Below, in pieces: positions 62,307 through 64,000 of a stretch of DNA of 64,000 nucleotides. The stretch is from Clostridia bacterium (GTDB lineage Bacteria; Bacillota; DSM-521; Neomoorellales; SLTJ01). A program made the translations under genes and the position numbers. The notes beneath the pieces were generated by a model. That model made no database searches and was not told the DNA's origin. It was given only the letters and a program-made list of their open reading frames with translations. The number at the start of each line of letters is the position of its first letter. Positions within the stretch are counted from its first letter, which is position 1. The DNA lies in assembly GCA_024653205.1 (NCBI GenBank), contig JANLFO010000002.1:85590-149589 (forward strand). Direction: 5' to 3'.

Positions 62307-63107
62307 ATGCGCGCACGGCGCCGACCGCTGCTGTTCGTTGCCGCCGGGGCCCTGGCCCTGGCCTGTATGTTCTGGGTTTACCGGCCCGGACCCGGTACGC
62401 CGGTCCAGGGCGAGGCGGTAAGCCCGGGGAGCGCTGCTCCCTTCAACAGCGTTTACCGGTTCTACGGCGCCCTTGCCGCCAACGACTGGGAAACCGCCCG
62501 GTCTTTCTGCACGCCTGCCCTGTGGAATTACCTGCTGGAAAGCGGACGGATCAGAGAATGGCAGGAACGCCGGCGGATAGACCCGACGGTTTCCTTCTCG
62601 CTTTTCCTGGTCCAAGCCTTCGCCATAGACCAGCACCGTGACCGGGCCTGGGCATTAGGCGAGGCACAATGGACCGGGGGACGCGGTCGGCCGGCCAACA
62701 CGGTGCAGACGGTCTTCCTGGAGTTCTCCGCCGGAAGGTGGCGCCTGGCCCGCATCGACAGCCGCTCCGCGGTAGAGGTGGTCTGGGAATTCTACCGGGC
62801 GGTAAACGGCGGAGACTGGTTGGCCGTGCGCCGCCTGACCGAGCCCGACTACTGGAGCCGGCTGGTCTCGCGGGGCGTTCTCTCGGCGCTCCAGGAAGAA
62901 TGGGCCCGGTCCCTGGGCGGAGTATACCTGGTGGTACACATACGGGACTTCGTACAGGGTCAAGAGCGGGCCTGGGTGGAGGCGGACGTGCTCTGGCGGC
63001 CTCTGACCTGGGAGGAAAGGGAGACGCCGGTAGTGGTGGAACTGGTCCGGACCGAGGACGGCTGGTTGGTGGCCGAGATCTACGGCCACTGGGAGGCGGC
63101 CAAGTAG
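62307..63107 (+). CDS. Hypothetical exported/membrane-anchored protein with two NTF2-like repeats
   Basis: 266 aa. N-terminal signal or anchor (RRRPLLFVAAGALALACMFWV). Internally repeated FYGALAANDWETARSFCTPALW and FYRAVNGGDWLAVRRLTEPDYW. Confidence 0.6.
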   Translation: MRARRRPLLFVAAGALALACMFWVYRPGPGTPVQGEAVSPGSAAPFNSVYRFYGALAANDWETARSFCTPALWNYLLESGRIREWQERRRIDPTVSFSLFLVQAFAIDQHRDRAWALGEAQWTGGRGRPANTVQTVFLEFSAGRWRLARIDSRSAVEVVWEFYRAVNGGDWLAVRRLTEPDYWSRLVSRGVLSALQEEWARSLGGVYLVVHIRDFVQGQERAWVEADVLWRPLTWEERETPVVVELVRTEDGWLVAEIYGHWEAAK

Positions 63108-63108
63108 C

Positions 63109-63489
63109 CTAGTGCCAGGAAACCCCTATCATGCCGCCCACCACGCCCGCGGCCAGTGCGGCAACCAGGAAGCGCACCAGCGCGGCCGGGCAGAACTCGG
63201 CCGGCGCTATCCAGGTGAGGATCGCCATCACCGCCAGCACCGAGGCGGCCACCAGCAGACCGTGGACGAGCCCCCGGCATTGGGCCGTCCTGGCCGCGCA
63301 GAAGGCCCCCAGGAACACGCCCACGGTAAGGATGGCCAGGGCGTAGCTTTCCAGGTACAATTCCGGCAGGGGAGTGAGGTAGAGGAGGATGCCCAGCAGC
63401 AGTCCGAGCACCAGAATGACCACCAGGGCCACCGCCAAGCCCATGAGCACCGGCCACCGGCCGGTTTTTCCGCCGGTCGCTTCGCGCAT
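63109..63489 (-). CDS. Small polytopic membrane protein (YrzE/TIGR04086-like)
   Basis: 126 aa with four predicted TM helices and a coding-like composition. Confidence 0.55.
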   Translation of the reverse strand: MREATGGKTGRWPVLMGLAVALVVILVLGLLLGILLYLTPLPELYLESYALAILTVGVFLGAFCAARTAQCRGLVHGLLVAASVLAVMAILTWIAPAEFCPAALVRFLVAALAAGVVGGMIGVSWH

Positions 63490-63619
63490 GCTCTCTTCCC
63501 CCTTCAGCGGTTTCGGTTTACTCTATGCCGGGCCCCGCCGGGCTAGACCTGGAGGGAACGGCGAGGGCCGCGTCGAAGACTATGCTGGCTAGAGTTACAA
63601 TTGGAGGGTGTTGTAACCA

Positions 63620-64000
63620 GTGGAAGGCTACCTGGGTATCGACGTAGGCTCGGTAAGCACCAACCTGGTCTTCCTGAACCCGGAAGGGGAGGTTAAGGCC
63701 AGCCTCTACATCCGCACCCGCGGGCAGCCCATCCAGGCGGTGAAGGAAGGGCTGAAACTCATCGCCGAGCAGCTGCCGGCAGGGGTAAAGGTCCTGGGAG
63801 TGGGAGCTACGGGCAGCGCGCGCACGCTCACCGGCGCCATAGTGGGGGCGGACGTGGTCAAGAACGAGATCACCGCCCACGCCGTGGCCGCCTCGCGGAT
63901 GGTGCCCGGCTGCCAGACCATTTTCGAGATCGGCGGCCAGGACTCCAAAATCATCATCCTGCGCAACGGAGTGGTGGTGGACTTCGCCATGAACACCGTC
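63620..64000 (+). CDS. BadF/BadG/BcrA/BcrD-type ATPase (acyl-CoA dehydratase activase-like), 5' fragment running off the window
   Basis: GTG 63620 after GGAGGG. (V)EGYLGIDVGSVSTNLVFL...GVGATGSAR...IFEIGGQDSKIIIL are actin-fold activase motifs. The frame is open to the window end. Confidence 0.8.
   Translation, partial: MEGYLGIDVGSVSTNLVFLNPEGEVKASLYIRTRGQPIQAVKEGLKLIAEQLPAGVKVLGVGATGSARTLTGAIVGADVVKNEITAHAVAASRMVPGCQTIFEIGGQDSKIIILRNGVVVDFAMNTV

Overview
High-GC, densely coding bacterial chromosome segment. The gene content resembles a thermophilic acetogen or sulfate-reducer of the Firmicutes (Moorella/Desulforudis style); this is an inference, not an identification. The window is mostly core metabolism, in this order. 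(1) Quinone and isoprenoid genes (UbiD fragment, UbiA, polyprenyl synthase) with a MoxR-VWA pair, a thiolase, galU and an O-antigen-ligase-like/TPR protein. (2) A tetrapyrrole operon: sirC-hemA-hemC-cobA/hemD-hemB-hemL. (3) pckA followed by a NuoE/NuoF/Fe-S flavoprotein module. (4) A small decayed, tRNA-flanked islet with a frameshifted membrane gene, an amidohydrolase remnant, a hicA remnant plus hicB, and tRNA-Leu/Thr/Pro. (5) A 16.4-kb co-linear Wood-Ljungdahl supercluster: cooC-acsABCDE-hdrCB-giant hdrA-mvhD-metV-metF. (6) A T-box-controlled Lrp plus aminotransferase pair. (7) dnaD-dnaI, tRNA-Arg/Lys, and Nudix, flavin reductase, DUF3786, yjbQ, thiL and acyl-CoA carboxyltransferase genes. 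No CRISPR array, transposase or obvious defence island was seen. The most notable items are the 1479-aa HdrA-GltD-HdrA fusion inside the acs/met operon, the T-box with an ambiguous specifier, and the SUMT gene whose conserved N-terminus lies upstream of any canonical start codon. Several uncharacterised domain fusions and two small ORFs missing from the ORF track are also reported. All coordinates were derived by hand from the printed sequence. Start codons are less certain than stop codons.
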